Assembly (NCBI GenBank): GCA_043820105.1
Contig: JBDREC010000028.1
Span: forward strand, 1 to 64,000
Source: Pseudomonadota bacterium
GTDB lineage: Bacteria; Bdellovibrionota_F; JAHFAK01; JBDREC01
Direction: 5' to 3'
DNA: 64,000 bases
The notes beneath the pieces were generated by a model. It was given only the letters and a program-made list of their open reading frames with translations. It made no database searches and was not told the DNA's origin. A program made the translations under genes and the position numbers. Positions 27,339 to 36,961 of the stretch are shown here, in pieces (positions within the stretch are counted from its first letter, which is position 1; every line of letters starts with the position of its first letter).

Positions 27339-28535
27339 ATGAAAGTATCTTTACCTCCTTTATATGATCACCATAATCACTTATCTCTTTATGCATTTTT
27401 AGAAAAAGCAATTTCTTTTAATGCATTTAAGACAAAAGATGATTTTTTAAATTACCTTAAAACTATAAAAAATGATAAACTTCATGTTTTCACAAATTAT
27501 GATAACTCAAAGTTTGAACTTAGTTTAAATGATGTTGAAATTGATTATGAAATTGTAATTATCAATCGCTCTTTACATGGTTTTATTTTTAATAAAGCAG
27601 CTTTTGAAAAAGTCTTTACATCATCCAAGGTTAGCTTTGAGCAAGTAAATGACAAACATTGGGCTGAGAAAAATATCGAATATATTTTTGGAAAACTATA
27701 TGACTGCTCTAACCTTGATCAAAGCAATTTATTAAATGTATATAATAAATTTACAGATCTTGGCATTGCAAAATCAGATGATATGGCTGTTAGCTCAGCA
27801 AAAGTTTTAGCAATGTATGATGAATTTAATTGGATTGATAAATTGACGGTTTGGGTTCCTGCTAAATTGTTTTTTAAACTTGAAACAAAAGAAAAAGAAA
27901 CTGTCACCGGAATAAAAATTTTTACTGATGGATCAATTGGAATGAAAACAGCAGCCATTTCCAAACCATACATTGGCTGTCACGGTGGAAAACTAAATTA
28001 TGATGATGAAGCATTATTCTTAATCTTAAAAAAATCTTTTTCTTTTAACAAGGAAGTAGCAATACATGCCATTGGAGATTTAGCCATTGCTCAAGTCTTA
28101 AGGATCTTAAACACTTTTGAACCTAAGAAGATTAAAGAAAAAAAGATTAGAATTGAACATGCTCAATTTATAAGCAAAGAACAGGCAATTGAAGCTAAAA
28201 ACTTAGATATCACTTTATCAATGCAGCCAAATTTTTCACAAGACTCAATAGATTATACAGATAGACTCCCTATACATCTAATCAAAAGAAATAATCCTTT
28301 TAGAATGTTAATAGATGAAGTCGGCTTTACTGCAGGAGCAAATTTGATTTTCGGATCTGATGGTATGCCAAGCGGATTAGAGCAAGCTCTTTATTCAAGC
28401 CTATTTCCACCGCTGGAAAGTCAAAAAATCCTTTTGGAAGAGTTTATAGAGGGTTATTGCATACAAGATGTTAGCAATGACAAACAAATTCTTTTTGAAA
28501 TTGATTTTGAAAAGAAAAAAATAGAAAAGACCTAA
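27339..28535 (+). CDS. Amidohydrolase family 3 (YtcJ-like), compact
   Basis: DHHNH, KIFTDGS.G..TAA, HAIGD, RIEHAQ, FGSD. Confidence 0.82.
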   Translation: MKVSLPPLYDHHNHLSLYAFLEKAISFNAFKTKDDFLNYLKTIKNDKLHVFTNYDNSKFELSLNDVEIDYEIVIINRSLHGFIFNKAAFEKVFTSSKVSFEQVNDKHWAEKNIEYIFGKLYDCSNLDQSNLLNVYNKFTDLGIAKSDDMAVSSAKVLAMYDEFNWIDKLTVWVPAKLFFKLETKEKETVTGIKIFTDGSIGMKTAAISKPYIGCHGGKLNYDDEALFLILKKSFSFNKEVAIHAIGDLAIAQVLRILNTFEPKKIKEKKIRIEHAQFISKEQAIEAKNLDITLSMQPNFSQDSIDYTDRLPIHLIKRNNPFRMLIDEVGFTAGANLIFGSDGMPSGLEQALYSSLFPPLESQKILLEEFIEGYCIQDVSNDKQILFEIDFEKKKIEKT

Positions 28536-28567
28536 GAAGAACTCAGAATTATGAGTTAAGGATTATT

Positions 28568-28615
28568 CCCTTGTTCCCTTGTTCTCTTGTTCCCTTGTTC
28601 TCTTGTTCCCTTGTT
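28568..28615. repeat. (CTTGTTCY)x6 octamer array
   Basis: Immediately downstream of the minus-strand suhB stop. Confidence 0.9.
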
Positions 28616-28620
28616 TAAAA

Positions 28621-29400
28621 TTAATCTTTGCCTATTTGCAACTGTTGAATCAGTGAATCATAGATTCCTTTGCAAGTGGCTATAATATTTTTTCCAAAAA
28701 TATAATCATCATTTTTCATTATATCTGTTACAATTGCCCCAGCTTCTTTACAAATTATAGTACCAGCTGCAACATCAAAGGCTTCAAGGCCAAATTCCCA
28801 AAAACCATCATTTCTTCCTGCTGCTACATAAGCAAGATTTAGAGCAGCAGAGCCTTCTCTTCTAATGTCACTTGTTAACTTAAGTATTTTATGAAATATT
28901 GCAGGATTAGGACTATTGGGATTTTTTCTTAAGCAGGCAAAGCCTGTAGATAATAGAGCTTCTTCTAATTTATCACATTTTGAAACACTTATTTTATTAT
29001 TATTTAAATAGGCACCCTGCCCTTTTTCTGCTTTAAATACTTCTCCTAAGTAAGGGGCATTTATAACACCAGCTATAATTTCACCTTTATATGACAGAGC
29101 AATTGAAACACAGAAAAATGGGTGGCAGTGAATATAATTAGTTGTTCCATCAAGAGGGTCTATAAACCATGTATAGTCACTTCCCTTATCTTGTTGACCA
29201 TATTCTTCACCGTAAATTGAATGCTCAGGATAGGCTTTTTCAATTCTATTTAAAATTATTTTTTCACACTCTTTATCAATTTTTGTAACGTAATTATGAA
29301 GACCTTCTTTGTTTAAAATATCAGATTCATTAAGTGAGCCAAAATTGTTTAAAAGAAATTTTCCAGCTTCTTTTGCTATATCTTCTATAAAGTTAAGCAT
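28621..29400 (-). CDS. suhB: Inositol monophosphatase family protein
   Basis: GEE, WFIDPLDGTTNY.H, RR.GSAAL, DVAAG. Confidence 0.88.
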   Translation of the reverse strand: MLNFIEDIAKEAGKFLLNNFGSLNESDILNKEGLHNYVTKIDKECEKIILNRIEKAYPEHSIYGEEYGQQDKGSDYTWFIDPLDGTTNYIHCHPFFCVSIALSYKGEIIAGVINAPYLGEVFKAEKGQGAYLNNNKISVSKCDKLEEALLSTGFACLRKNPNSPNPAIFHKILKLTSDIRREGSAALNLAYVAAGRNDGFWEFGLEAFDVAAGTIICKEAGAIVTDIMKNDDYIFGKNIIATCKGIYDSLIQQLQIGKD

Positions 29401-30322
29401 GGATTGACCTAAAATACTCAGCTGTTTCTTCTAAGCCTTCAGTTAATGTATACTCAGGTTCCCATTCAAAGATTTCTTTAGCAAGAGCATAACTCAGAAC
29501 AGATCGTTTTTGTTCGCCCATTCTTGCTTCTTCGAATTTTGGAGTAATATTTTTATCTAATATCTTTGAAATTTCTTCATGTAATTTTTTGACATTTGTC
29601 TCTTTTGAAGTGGCGATATTAAAAACACCATTTACATTGGCATTAAGAGCTTTAAGATTTGCTTTACATACGTCCATCACAGACACATAATCTCTTGTTT
29701 GTAAACCATCTCCAAAAATTATGCATTCTTCATCTCTTAATAGTTTGTTCATAAAAATAGCAACTACACCTGCCTCACCAAGATGATTCTGTTTTGGTCC
29801 ATAAACATTTGCATATCTTAAGGCTACATAATCAATACCATATTGGGCTTTATAATAATTAAGATATTTTTCGCTACTTAGTTTTGAAACTCCATAAGGA
29901 GAAATGGGATTTAAAGCATGCTTTTCACAGGCTGGGAAATATTCTTGTTCTCCATAAATTGCTCCACCACTTGAGGCAAAAATAACCTTTTTTAATCCAT
30001 GTTTTTTGCCAATTTCCATTAAATTAATTAAACCAAAAATATTTATATCAGCATCACAGGAAGGATTTTCTACAGATTTTCTAACATCAATTGCAGCTGC
30101 ATGGTGACATAAAACATCTGGTTTAAAATTTTCAAAAACCTCTTCAATTTCTTCAGATCTAATATCAAGTTTGTGAAATTTTGACCCTTCAGGTATGTTT
30201 TCTACAGATCCAGTCGATAAATCATCAACAATTTCTACAACATGCCCTGCCTTTAAAAAGCTAGCCGAAAGGTTAGAACCAATAAATCCAGCGCCACCGG
30301 TGACTAATATTTTTTTGCCCAT
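29393..30322 (-). CDS. NAD-dependent epimerase/dehydratase (UDP-glucose 4-epimerase-like SDR)
   Basis: TGGAGFIG, SSGGAIYG, YGVSK, LRYANVYGP. Confidence 0.9.
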   Translation of the reverse strand: MGKKILVTGGAGFIGSNLSASFLKAGHVVEIVDDLSTGSVENIPEGSKFHKLDIRSEEIEEVFENFKPDVLCHHAAAIDVRKSVENPSCDADINIFGLINLMEIGKKHGLKKVIFASSGGAIYGEQEYFPACEKHALNPISPYGVSKLSSEKYLNYYKAQYGIDYVALRYANVYGPKQNHLGEAGVVAIFMNKLLRDEECIIFGDGLQTRDYVSVMDVCKANLKALNANVNGVFNIATSKETNVKKLHEEISKILDKNITPKFEEARMGEQKRSVLSYALAKEIFEWEPEYTLTEGLEETAEYFRSIHA

Positions 30323-30350
30323 AAATTTTCCTAGTTAAATAAATTATTTG

Positions 30351-30444
30351 TATTCAGTATTTAGTATTCAGTATTTAGTAGGTCAAGCTTTTCTTTTATA
30401 TTTCCTTGTTCTCTTGTTCCCTTGCGCTCTTGTTCCCTTGCCCT
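30351..30444. repeat. GTATTYA heptamer and CTTGTTCY octamer half-arrays between divergent genes
   Basis: 30351-30380 and 30404-30444; each is in the 'before start' orientation for its adjacent gene. Confidence 0.85.
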
Positions 30445-30516
30445 CGAATTCCCTCTTGACATAAAATCGATATAGTCCAAAAATTGCTTTTTTTAAGATT
30501 AAGAAAAGGAAATTTT

Positions 30517-31488
30517 ATGAATGACATTAAACTTGCTTCAATGGCTGCAGTAAAAGATTGCCTTGGTGTAAAAGCTAATGAATCAGTTTTAATTTTAACT
30601 GATCACACTTGTTTAAATATTGCTAATTCCATATTTAAGGTTGCAAATGACCTGGCAAATGAAGTTTATTTTCTTCAAATGAAAGAAAGACAATTAAGTG
30701 GTGAAAATCCTCCAAAAGAAATCGCAGAATTAATGAAAGCAGTTGATGTGGTATTTGCACCCTTATCTAAAAGCATTACACACACTGATGCAACAATTGA
30801 TGCTAGAAAAGCAGGCGTTCGTGTAGCAACTATGCCAGGCATAACTGAAGATATTTTTTCAAGGTGCATGAACGTTAATTATAATGAAATAGCTGTTTAT
30901 ACAAAAAAAGTAGCCAAGCTTTTAGAGTCAAAAAATCAAGTCCACGTAAAAACAGCACTTGGAACAGACTTTAGGTTTTCTATTAAAGATAGCAAGCTAA
31001 TCGAAAGCAATGGTCTTTATACAGAGAAAGGTTCCGGTGGAAACCTTCCAACTGGTGAAGTATTTTGTGCTCCCAGAGAAAACTATGGGACAGGAAAACT
31101 TGTTGTTGATGGAACCATTGCTGGTGTTGGATTAGTTAAAAATCCAGTAACAATAGAAATAGAAGATGGATATATTATAAATGTTGATGCTTCTGAAGAT
31201 GGAAAGAAACTAAAAGCAATTTTATTAAAATTTGGTAATAAGCTTGGATCAGATAACCAGGCCTGTGGAATTGCTGAACTTGGAATTGGAACAAACTTTG
31301 CAGCTAAGCTTTCTGGTTTTTTGTTAGAAGATGAAAAAGCATACAAAACAATTCATATAGCTTTTGGAAATAATAAATCAATGGGTGGTACAAATACTGT
31401 TGAGTCTCATATTGATGGAGTTATTTTGAATCCGGATTTGTTTGTTGATGGTGAGCAGATTATGAGACATGGGGAAGTTTTGTTTTAG
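30517..31488 (+). CDS. Aminopeptidase, M29 (thermophilic metalloprotease)-like
   Basis: GNLPTGEVF, AELGIGTN, LLEDEK..TIHIAFG, HIDG; ATG at 30517 after AAGGA. Confidence 0.85.
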   Translation: MNDIKLASMAAVKDCLGVKANESVLILTDHTCLNIANSIFKVANDLANEVYFLQMKERQLSGENPPKEIAELMKAVDVVFAPLSKSITHTDATIDARKAGVRVATMPGITEDIFSRCMNVNYNEIAVYTKKVAKLLESKNQVHVKTALGTDFRFSIKDSKLIESNGLYTEKGSGGNLPTGEVFCAPRENYGTGKLVVDGTIAGVGLVKNPVTIEIEDGYIINVDASEDGKKLKAILLKFGNKLGSDNQACGIAELGIGTNFAAKLSGFLLEDEKAYKTIHIAFGNNKSMGGTNTVESHIDGVILNPDLFVDGEQIMRHGEVLF

Positions 31489-31508
31489 AGGTATGTGTAT
31501 TTTATTAA

Positions 31509-31568
31509 AAATAATTAATAATCAATAATTAATAATCAATTTTCAATAATCTATGAATACTGAATACT
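31509..31568. repeat. AATAATY heptamer array plus short TGAATAC array
   Basis: AATAATTAATAATCAATAATTAATAATCAATTTTCAATAATC then TGAATACTGAATACT, after the aminopeptidase stop. Confidence 0.7.
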
Positions 31569-31701
31569 ATATTTTGGGGATTTTGGAATAGAAATTGGAA
31601 GGGAGAAAAAGGGTATGAGGGGATATATTATGGATAAAATAATTAACCAATAATTATATAACTCCCTTCCTATATATAAATCCTTTATAAATGCCGCTTT
31701 T

Positions 31702-31738
31702 AAAAAATTTGCTGTGGGAAAATTTCTTTTCCCACAGC
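31702..31738 (-). terminator. Intrinsic terminator
   Basis: Perfect 12-bp stem GCTGTGGGAAAA/TTTTCCCACAGC, GAAA loop on minus strand, then AAATTTTTT. Confidence 0.7.
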
Positions 31739-31792
31739 TAGTCTCATACATGCCCCATGATAAGGTTTTTAACCTTATCGTTTGCTTATGTT
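31702..31792 (-). ncRNA. Candidate sigma-54-dependent small RNA (~90 nt)
   Basis: Between a sigma-54 promoter and an intrinsic terminator; internal 9-bp hairpin GATAAGGTT/AACCTTATC. Confidence 0.6.
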
Positions 31793-31803
31793 AAATATGA
31801 TTT

Positions 31804-31819
31804 TGCAAGGGCTGTGCCA
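31804..31819 (-). promoter_or_regulatory. Sigma-54 (-24/-12) promoter
   Basis: Minus strand TGGCAC-AGCCC-TTGCA matches TGGCAC-N5-TTGCW with exact spacing. Confidence 0.75.
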
Positions 31820-32027
31820 TAGAGCCTCTTTACTTAATGCCAATTATTACTTGAACTTAACCAAATATCATTATATTAAAAATGCTTATGAAAGGATCAA
31901 AGTGTTAAAAAAATTATATTAAATGTTAAATATCTTACATAATTACTGCAAATCAATCTTCATACTTGACTTTAAGCAGATTTTAGGTTAATTATTACAC
32001 ATTGCAACATAACTGGAGAATAAGATA

Positions 32028-32699
32028 ATGAAAAGATTACTTATACTTGCTTTAACAATACCATTTATCATGTCTTGCGCTGCAAAAGTTAGAACTGATA
32101 TGTATGAAAGATTTGAGTCCTATGGTTTTGTTACCTTAAAAGCAACTAAGATTTTTGAAACAGAAAATGGGCATAAAGTTATTGGTGAGCTTCCTAAATA
32201 TTATAATTTTAAGCTTAAAAAAGACCTAATTGAGATTGATAATGGTCTTGTGCATATTTTTTATGAAACAAAAAACTCAGCTGATAGATATCCTGATGGC
32301 TGGGTAAAAATCAATGATGTTAAACTTTTGTCTACCTGGGAATATCCAGTAGCTGACATGTCCACACAAAGATCAATTTCAGCTGAGATTTTTCCAATAA
32401 CCAGTGCTAAAGCTAATCAATTTATTTCTGAATATGATAAAAATAAAGAACCTTGGGATGAATCATTTATTGATGCTATTTCCAAAAGACAAATTCTTTT
32501 ATCTATGACAAAAGAAATGGTTTTATTATCAGTAGGAATCCCTGATAAAGTTAATAAAACTAAAGGAAATGAAAGAATAGAAGAACAGTGGATTTACAAT
32601 TCCAGAGGATCTTATAGGTCTTTATATATTTATATTACAGATGGAAAAGTAATAAATACACAAATTGTTGGTGAAAATATTAAAGTCGAAAAAGAATAA
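32028..32699 (+). CDS. Putative lipoprotein with SmpA/BamE-like C-terminal segment
   Basis: Lipobox IMSC; MTKEMV..S.G.PD.......EQWIY pattern; GGAGA RBS. Confidence 0.65.
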   Translation: MKRLLILALTIPFIMSCAAKVRTDMYERFESYGFVTLKATKIFETENGHKVIGELPKYYNFKLKKDLIEIDNGLVHIFYETKNSADRYPDGWVKINDVKLLSTWEYPVADMSTQRSISAEIFPITSAKANQFISEYDKNKEPWDESFIDAISKRQILLSMTKEMVLLSVGIPDKVNKTKGNERIEEQWIYNSRGSYRSLYIYITDGKVINTQIVGENIKVEKE

Positions 32700-33674
32700 T
32701 TAAGCCCTGTCAGCTGATCCCAACACTTCCTTGTTTTTATGCATAATCATTTCAATTAAAGCATCTCTTGCTGGAGTTAAATATTGTCTAGGATCAAAAT
32801 GTTTTGGATTATTTGCAAAATGTTCTCTGATTTTTGCAGTAACAGCAAGTCTTCCATCAGAATCAATATTAATTTTACAAACAGCTGAGGAAGCTGCTTT
32901 TCTAAGCTGTTCTTCAGGAACACCCAAAGCACCTTCTAAACTACCACCATACTTATTGATCATTTCAACATATTCTTGAATAACAGAAGAAGCACCATGC
33001 AGTACAATTGGAAAACCTGGAATTTTCTTTTCAATTTCTTCCAAAATATCAAATCTAAGTGGTGGAACAGGTTTGCCTGGCTTAAATTTAAAAGCACCAT
33101 GAGAAGTTCCAATAGAAATTGCTAAAGAATCAACCCCAGTTCTTGAAACAAATTCTTCCACTTCTTCTGGTTTTGTATAGGATGATGTTTCGTGAGAAAC
33201 TTCATCTTCTATTCCAGCTAAAACACCAAGTTCGCCTTCAACAGTAACATCCCTTTCATGAGCATATGCAACAACCTTTTTAGTAAGCTCAATATTTTCA
33301 TCAAAAGTGTGAGCTGACCCATCAATCATTACAGAAGAAAACCCAGAATCAATACATGACTTACAGGTTTCAAAAGTATCCCCATGATCAAGATGTAAAA
33401 CAATTGGAATATTTGCTCCCATTTCTTTCGCCATTTCAACAGCACCCATAGCCAAATATCTTAATAAAGTTTCATTGGCATATGCTCTGGCACCCTTAGA
33501 AACCTGAACAATAACCGGACTATTTGTTTTAGCACAAGCAATAACAATAGCCTGCAGTTGTTCCATGTTATTAAAATTATAAGCTGGAATTGCATAGCCA
33601 CCTTCAAATGCTTTTTTAAATATTTCCCTGGAGTTTACTAAACCCAAATCTTTATAAGAAATTATTTCTGTCAT
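32700..33674 (-). CDS. fba: Fructose-1,6-bisphosphate aldolase, class II
   Basis: HLDHG, SSVMIDGS, VEGELG, IGTSHG, VLHGASS, KINIDSD; ATG at 33674 after AAGGA. Confidence 0.95.
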   Translation of the reverse strand: MTEIISYKDLGLVNSREIFKKAFEGGYAIPAYNFNNMEQLQAIVIACAKTNSPVIVQVSKGARAYANETLLRYLAMGAVEMAKEMGANIPIVLHLDHGDTFETCKSCIDSGFSSVMIDGSAHTFDENIELTKKVVAYAHERDVTVEGELGVLAGIEDEVSHETSSYTKPEEVEEFVSRTGVDSLAISIGTSHGAFKFKPGKPVPPLRFDILEEIEKKIPGFPIVLHGASSVIQEYVEMINKYGGSLEGALGVPEEQLRKAASSAVCKINIDSDGRLAVTAKIREHFANNPKHFDPRQYLTPARDALIEMIMHKNKEVLGSADRA

Positions 33675-33791
33675 TTCATTTTTCCTTATCATTATTTAAA
33701 ATATTATGCCGCTTTTTAAACACAAGATTTTAAGTTTTGCAATCTAAAATCAACTTAACTCGTAGTCTAAATTGACGCATTTATTTTTTAT

Positions 33792-33993
33792 GAAAATCTC
33801 AGGGAAGTTATTTTAAAAAGGGCATGCGCCCCAGTCGCTACACTCAGGCATTAAAAGGCTTTATTTTTGTAATTGATAAAGAGCTGCATTCTTTCGCTTT
33901 TTTCAATAACAAAATAATAGCCTTTTAATGCCTTCGTTGCAGCTCCTTCCTGACTTTTTATGCCCTTTTTAAAATAACTTCCCTGAGATTTTC
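33792..33993. repeat. Long palindromic element A (34-bp perfect terminal inverted repeat)
   Basis: 33792-33825 / 33960-33993; inner 15-bp perfect stem 33846-33860 / 33919-33933. Confidence 0.92.
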
Positions 33994-34067
33994 TTATATA
34001 AAAAATAGATAATGGAATATGTTATGAGAATTGTTAAGTGTTGAACCTCATTTACATTTAAATATTG

Positions 34068-34314
34068 GCCTGATTTTATAAGAAAAGGAAATCGGGTCTT
34101 TAACTCAAAAAAAGTGTATCGGAGCCGCGCTAGCCGGTTTTTCCTAGTAGAAGTTAAATGAAATCTCTACCTTTTTAATTGTTCTTCAATTTGTAAATTT
34201 CATTTTACTTATACTTGGAAAATCGCGCGGTGAGATCAAGGCCAAAATTCCGCAGGGAATTTTGAGCCGTCTTTTTTTGAGTTAAAGACCCGATTTCCTT
34301 TTCTAAAATCAGGC
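34068..34314. repeat. Long palindromic element B (34-bp perfect inverted repeat plus 10-bp outer extension)
   Basis: 34081-34114 / 34271-34304; GCCTGATTTT/AAAATCAGGC outside; side hairpin CAAAATTCC-GCAG-GGAATTTTG. Confidence 0.92.
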
Positions 34315-34469
34315 AAGTACGCCAACTTTTTTCACTTGCAAAAAATAGCATAATTATAATATGATATGTTGCTTCATTAAAATGTTTGAAATTTTGATGG
34401 ATAATTTGCTTGTTTTATGATACAATATGTCATAGATAGTGTTTTTTTATTAAATATCGGAGAGTTAAT

Positions 34470-35618
34470 ATGAATATTTCTTCACTTTTTAGAAAGCTAA
34501 TTGTATTTATTCTTGTTTTTGTAATGCTTGGAGTTATTGCTTTTATTTCTTCTTGTTCTAATAGAGCAAATAGAGCAGCTTACAGACAAGGTGGAATATA
34601 TGGCCCACAACAAAATTATGCAAAATATAAAGATCAAAGACCAGGCTATCAATACAGAAACCGAGATCGTTTTAAAGGCAGACAATTGCCAGGCTACCCT
34701 GGCTATTCTTCAATGTCTATGGCTTTAGAACTTGCAAAGCTTGAAGCTGCTCACTCAAAGAGTATGGGAAAAACAGCTTTAATAGCAGCAGCCATCGGTG
34801 GTGGAGCTGGAATAGGATTAGGAATACTAGGCGCTGCTACAACTGGAGGCAGTGCAACAGCTGCACCAAGACCTGGAACTGGCGGAGGTGTTGAATATAC
34901 TCCATCAACTGTTTGTATAAGTGGCGAATATCATACAAATGGGAGTTGTAAGATTTATGCAGTGGCTATGCCTTGTTATAATTTTGAGAGTCCTGATTGT
35001 AGAAGACCAGCTGCGGTTACACCACCACCTAGAGATCCAGTTGCTAGTTCGACGTCGAGAGGGCCTGGAGCTGATAGAATACCACAGGAGCAGGGAGAAT
35101 CACAACCAGATTATTGCAATCGCTTATATGAAGTATGGAAAACAAGATTTCAATGTGCCGCGACTTTTTGTGAAATGGCTCAAATTGAACTTTGTCGAGA
35201 TATGGGCTATTTTGATTATGATGACAATAAACAAAGAAGAATTGAAGAAAGAGAACAAGCTCAAACAACTCAAGTGATGCTTAAACGCCAAGATTATGAA
35301 GATAAGAAAAAAGCGTATGAAAGATTACGTGATGAGTATTTTTTAGTTTACAAGGTTCAGATAGCAAAACCAGTTCAGAAGACTAAACCGGCAGGTTATG
35401 TAGATAGAAACCCAGATACCATTAAAGACCTGAAGAAAAGAGTCAGAGAAAGCTATCATGCAATGAATAATGCTTATGGAAAATGGTATAGAGATTCTAC
35501 TAAAACGAGTCTATTTGAAAGAACAGAACATTCACAACTTAGACCAAAAGCAACAAACATCACATATCAAGAAGAACAAGAATCTTGGTTTAAGCAATAC
35601 GTTAAATTCGCTGATTAA
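34470..35618 (+). CDS. Hypothetical lipoprotein with Gly-zipper-like, Cys-rich and coiled-coil segments
   Basis: GGAGA RBS, lipobox FISSC, AAAIGGGAGIGLGILGAA, two clusters of four Cys. Confidence 0.7.
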   Translation: MNISSLFRKLIVFILVFVMLGVIAFISSCSNRANRAAYRQGGIYGPQQNYAKYKDQRPGYQYRNRDRFKGRQLPGYPGYSSMSMALELAKLEAAHSKSMGKTALIAAAIGGGAGIGLGILGAATTGGSATAAPRPGTGGGVEYTPSTVCISGEYHTNGSCKIYAVAMPCYNFESPDCRRPAAVTPPPRDPVASSTSRGPGADRIPQEQGESQPDYCNRLYEVWKTRFQCAATFCEMAQIELCRDMGYFDYDDNKQRRIEEREQAQTTQVMLKRQDYEDKKKAYERLRDEYFLVYKVQIAKPVQKTKPAGYVDRNPDTIKDLKKRVRESYHAMNNAYGKWYRDSTKTSLFERTEHSQLRPKATNITYQEEQESWFKQYVKFAD

Positions 35619-35633
35619 TATTTCTCAATACAA

Positions 35634-35979
35634 AAATAATCAATAATTAATAAATAATAAATAATAATTAATGGAATTTTATATAACCCGGGATCCTGAA
35701 ACAAGTTCAGGATGACCTGTCTTTTACTTGTTCTCTTGTTCCCCTGCGCTCTTGTTCTCTTTTAACAAGTGCCACATTACTAGCCGCTAATAAAAACAAT
35801 CGATAATCAACAAACAATGAATATCAATCTTATAACCTACAACTTACCACTTACCACTTACCACTTACCACTTACGACTTACGACTTACCACTTACGACT
35901 TACGACTTACCACTTACCACTTACCACTTACGACTTACCACTTACCACTTACCACTTACCACTTACGACTTACGACTTA
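35634..35979. repeat. Composite repeat tract: AATAATC array, REP-like hairpin, CTTGTTCY array, (ACTTACS)x19
   Basis: 35634-35672; 35692-35716; 35727-35760; 35842-35979. Confidence 0.92.
35692..35716 (-). repeat. GTCA-tagged REP-like palindrome
   Basis: Minus strand GTCATCCTGAA-CTTGT-TTCAGGATC; degenerate second copy at 37094-37118. Confidence 0.7.
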
Positions 35980-36946
35980 TATGCCACTTCCAAGCATGCT
36001 CCAAAATTGTCTCAATTTCAAAATACTGAGGTTTCCAAGACAAAAGACTTTTCGCTTTTTCGCTTGAACCTACTAAGATATCTGGATCTCCGGGGCGCCT
36101 TGCTCCCTGTACTATATTGATTTCTTTGCCTGTTACTTTTTTTGCAGCTTCAATGACTTCTTTTACAGAATAGCCCAGGCCATTACCAAGGTTAAAATGA
36201 CAGGATTTATTTTCCTTTTTTATATATTCTAATGCTTTTACATGCGCATCAGCAAGATCTGTTACATGAATATAATCACGAATACACGTTCCATCTTCTG
36301 TATTATAATCATCACCAAATATTGTGATGCTTGCTCTTTTGCCGCTGGCTGCATCTAAAACTAAAGGAATAAGATGCGTTTCAGGGTTATGATCCTCTCC
36401 TATTTCGCTTTCAGGATCAGCGCCAGCTGCATTAAAATATCTTAAAGCAGCAGACTTCAGGCCATAAGCCACATCAAAGTCAGCCAGCATTTTTTCAACA
36501 GTTAATTTTGTTTGGCCATAAGGATTAATTGGATTTTGGGTGTGATCTTCTGGAATTGGGATGGTATTTGGCATACCGTAAGTAGCGCAGGTTGATGAAA
36601 ATACAAAATATTTAATATTATTATTTTTGCAGGCATTCAGTAGATTAAAAGTCCCAACAACGTTATTCTCATAATACTTTGCAGGATCAGTTACAGATTC
36701 ACCCACATAAGCATAAGCTGCAAAATGCATGACAGCGTCTGGTTTGTGCTTTTTTATAACATTATTTATACGTTCAGAATCAAGCAAGTCACCCTTTTCA
36801 AACTCAGACCACTTGACAAATGCTTCATGTCCATAAACAAGATTATCAAAAACCACAACCTTATATCCCTGTTTTGCAAGTTCTTTACAAGCATGACTTC
36901 CAATATATCCAGCTCCACCTGTTACTAATACTTTTTTAATATCCAT
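35963..36946 (-). CDS. galE: UDP-glucose 4-epimerase
   Basis: TGGAGYIGSH, FSSTCATYG, YGQTK, LRYFNAAGA, GEDH.PETHLIP, DGTCIRDYIHV. Confidence 0.95.
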   Translation of the reverse strand: MDIKKVLVTGGAGYIGSHACKELAKQGYKVVVFDNLVYGHEAFVKWSEFEKGDLLDSERINNVIKKHKPDAVMHFAAYAYVGESVTDPAKYYENNVVGTFNLLNACKNNNIKYFVFSSTCATYGMPNTIPIPEDHTQNPINPYGQTKLTVEKMLADFDVAYGLKSAALRYFNAAGADPESEIGEDHNPETHLIPLVLDAASGKRASITIFGDDYNTEDGTCIRDYIHVTDLADAHVKALEYIKKENKSCHFNLGNGLGYSVKEVIEAAKKVTGKEINIVQGARRPGDPDILVGSSEKAKSLLSWKPQYFEIETILEHAWKWHISRKS

Positions 36947-36961
36947 ATTTAATCCTTAATA

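Noticed and set aside
31551-31751. 66-aa minus-strand ORF as the product of the sigma-54 promoter
   Set aside because: It reads through the terminator hairpin within about 15 codons, has no well-spaced RBS and ends in a repeat; a short peptide cannot be fully excluded
32690-32710. Convergent genes abutting with no spacer (lipoprotein and fba)
   Set aside because: Common in compact genomes; no further signal seen
35817-36029. 70-aa ORF with LTTYH/LTTYD repeats
   Set aside because: It is the translation of the ACTTACS array and overlaps galE antisense
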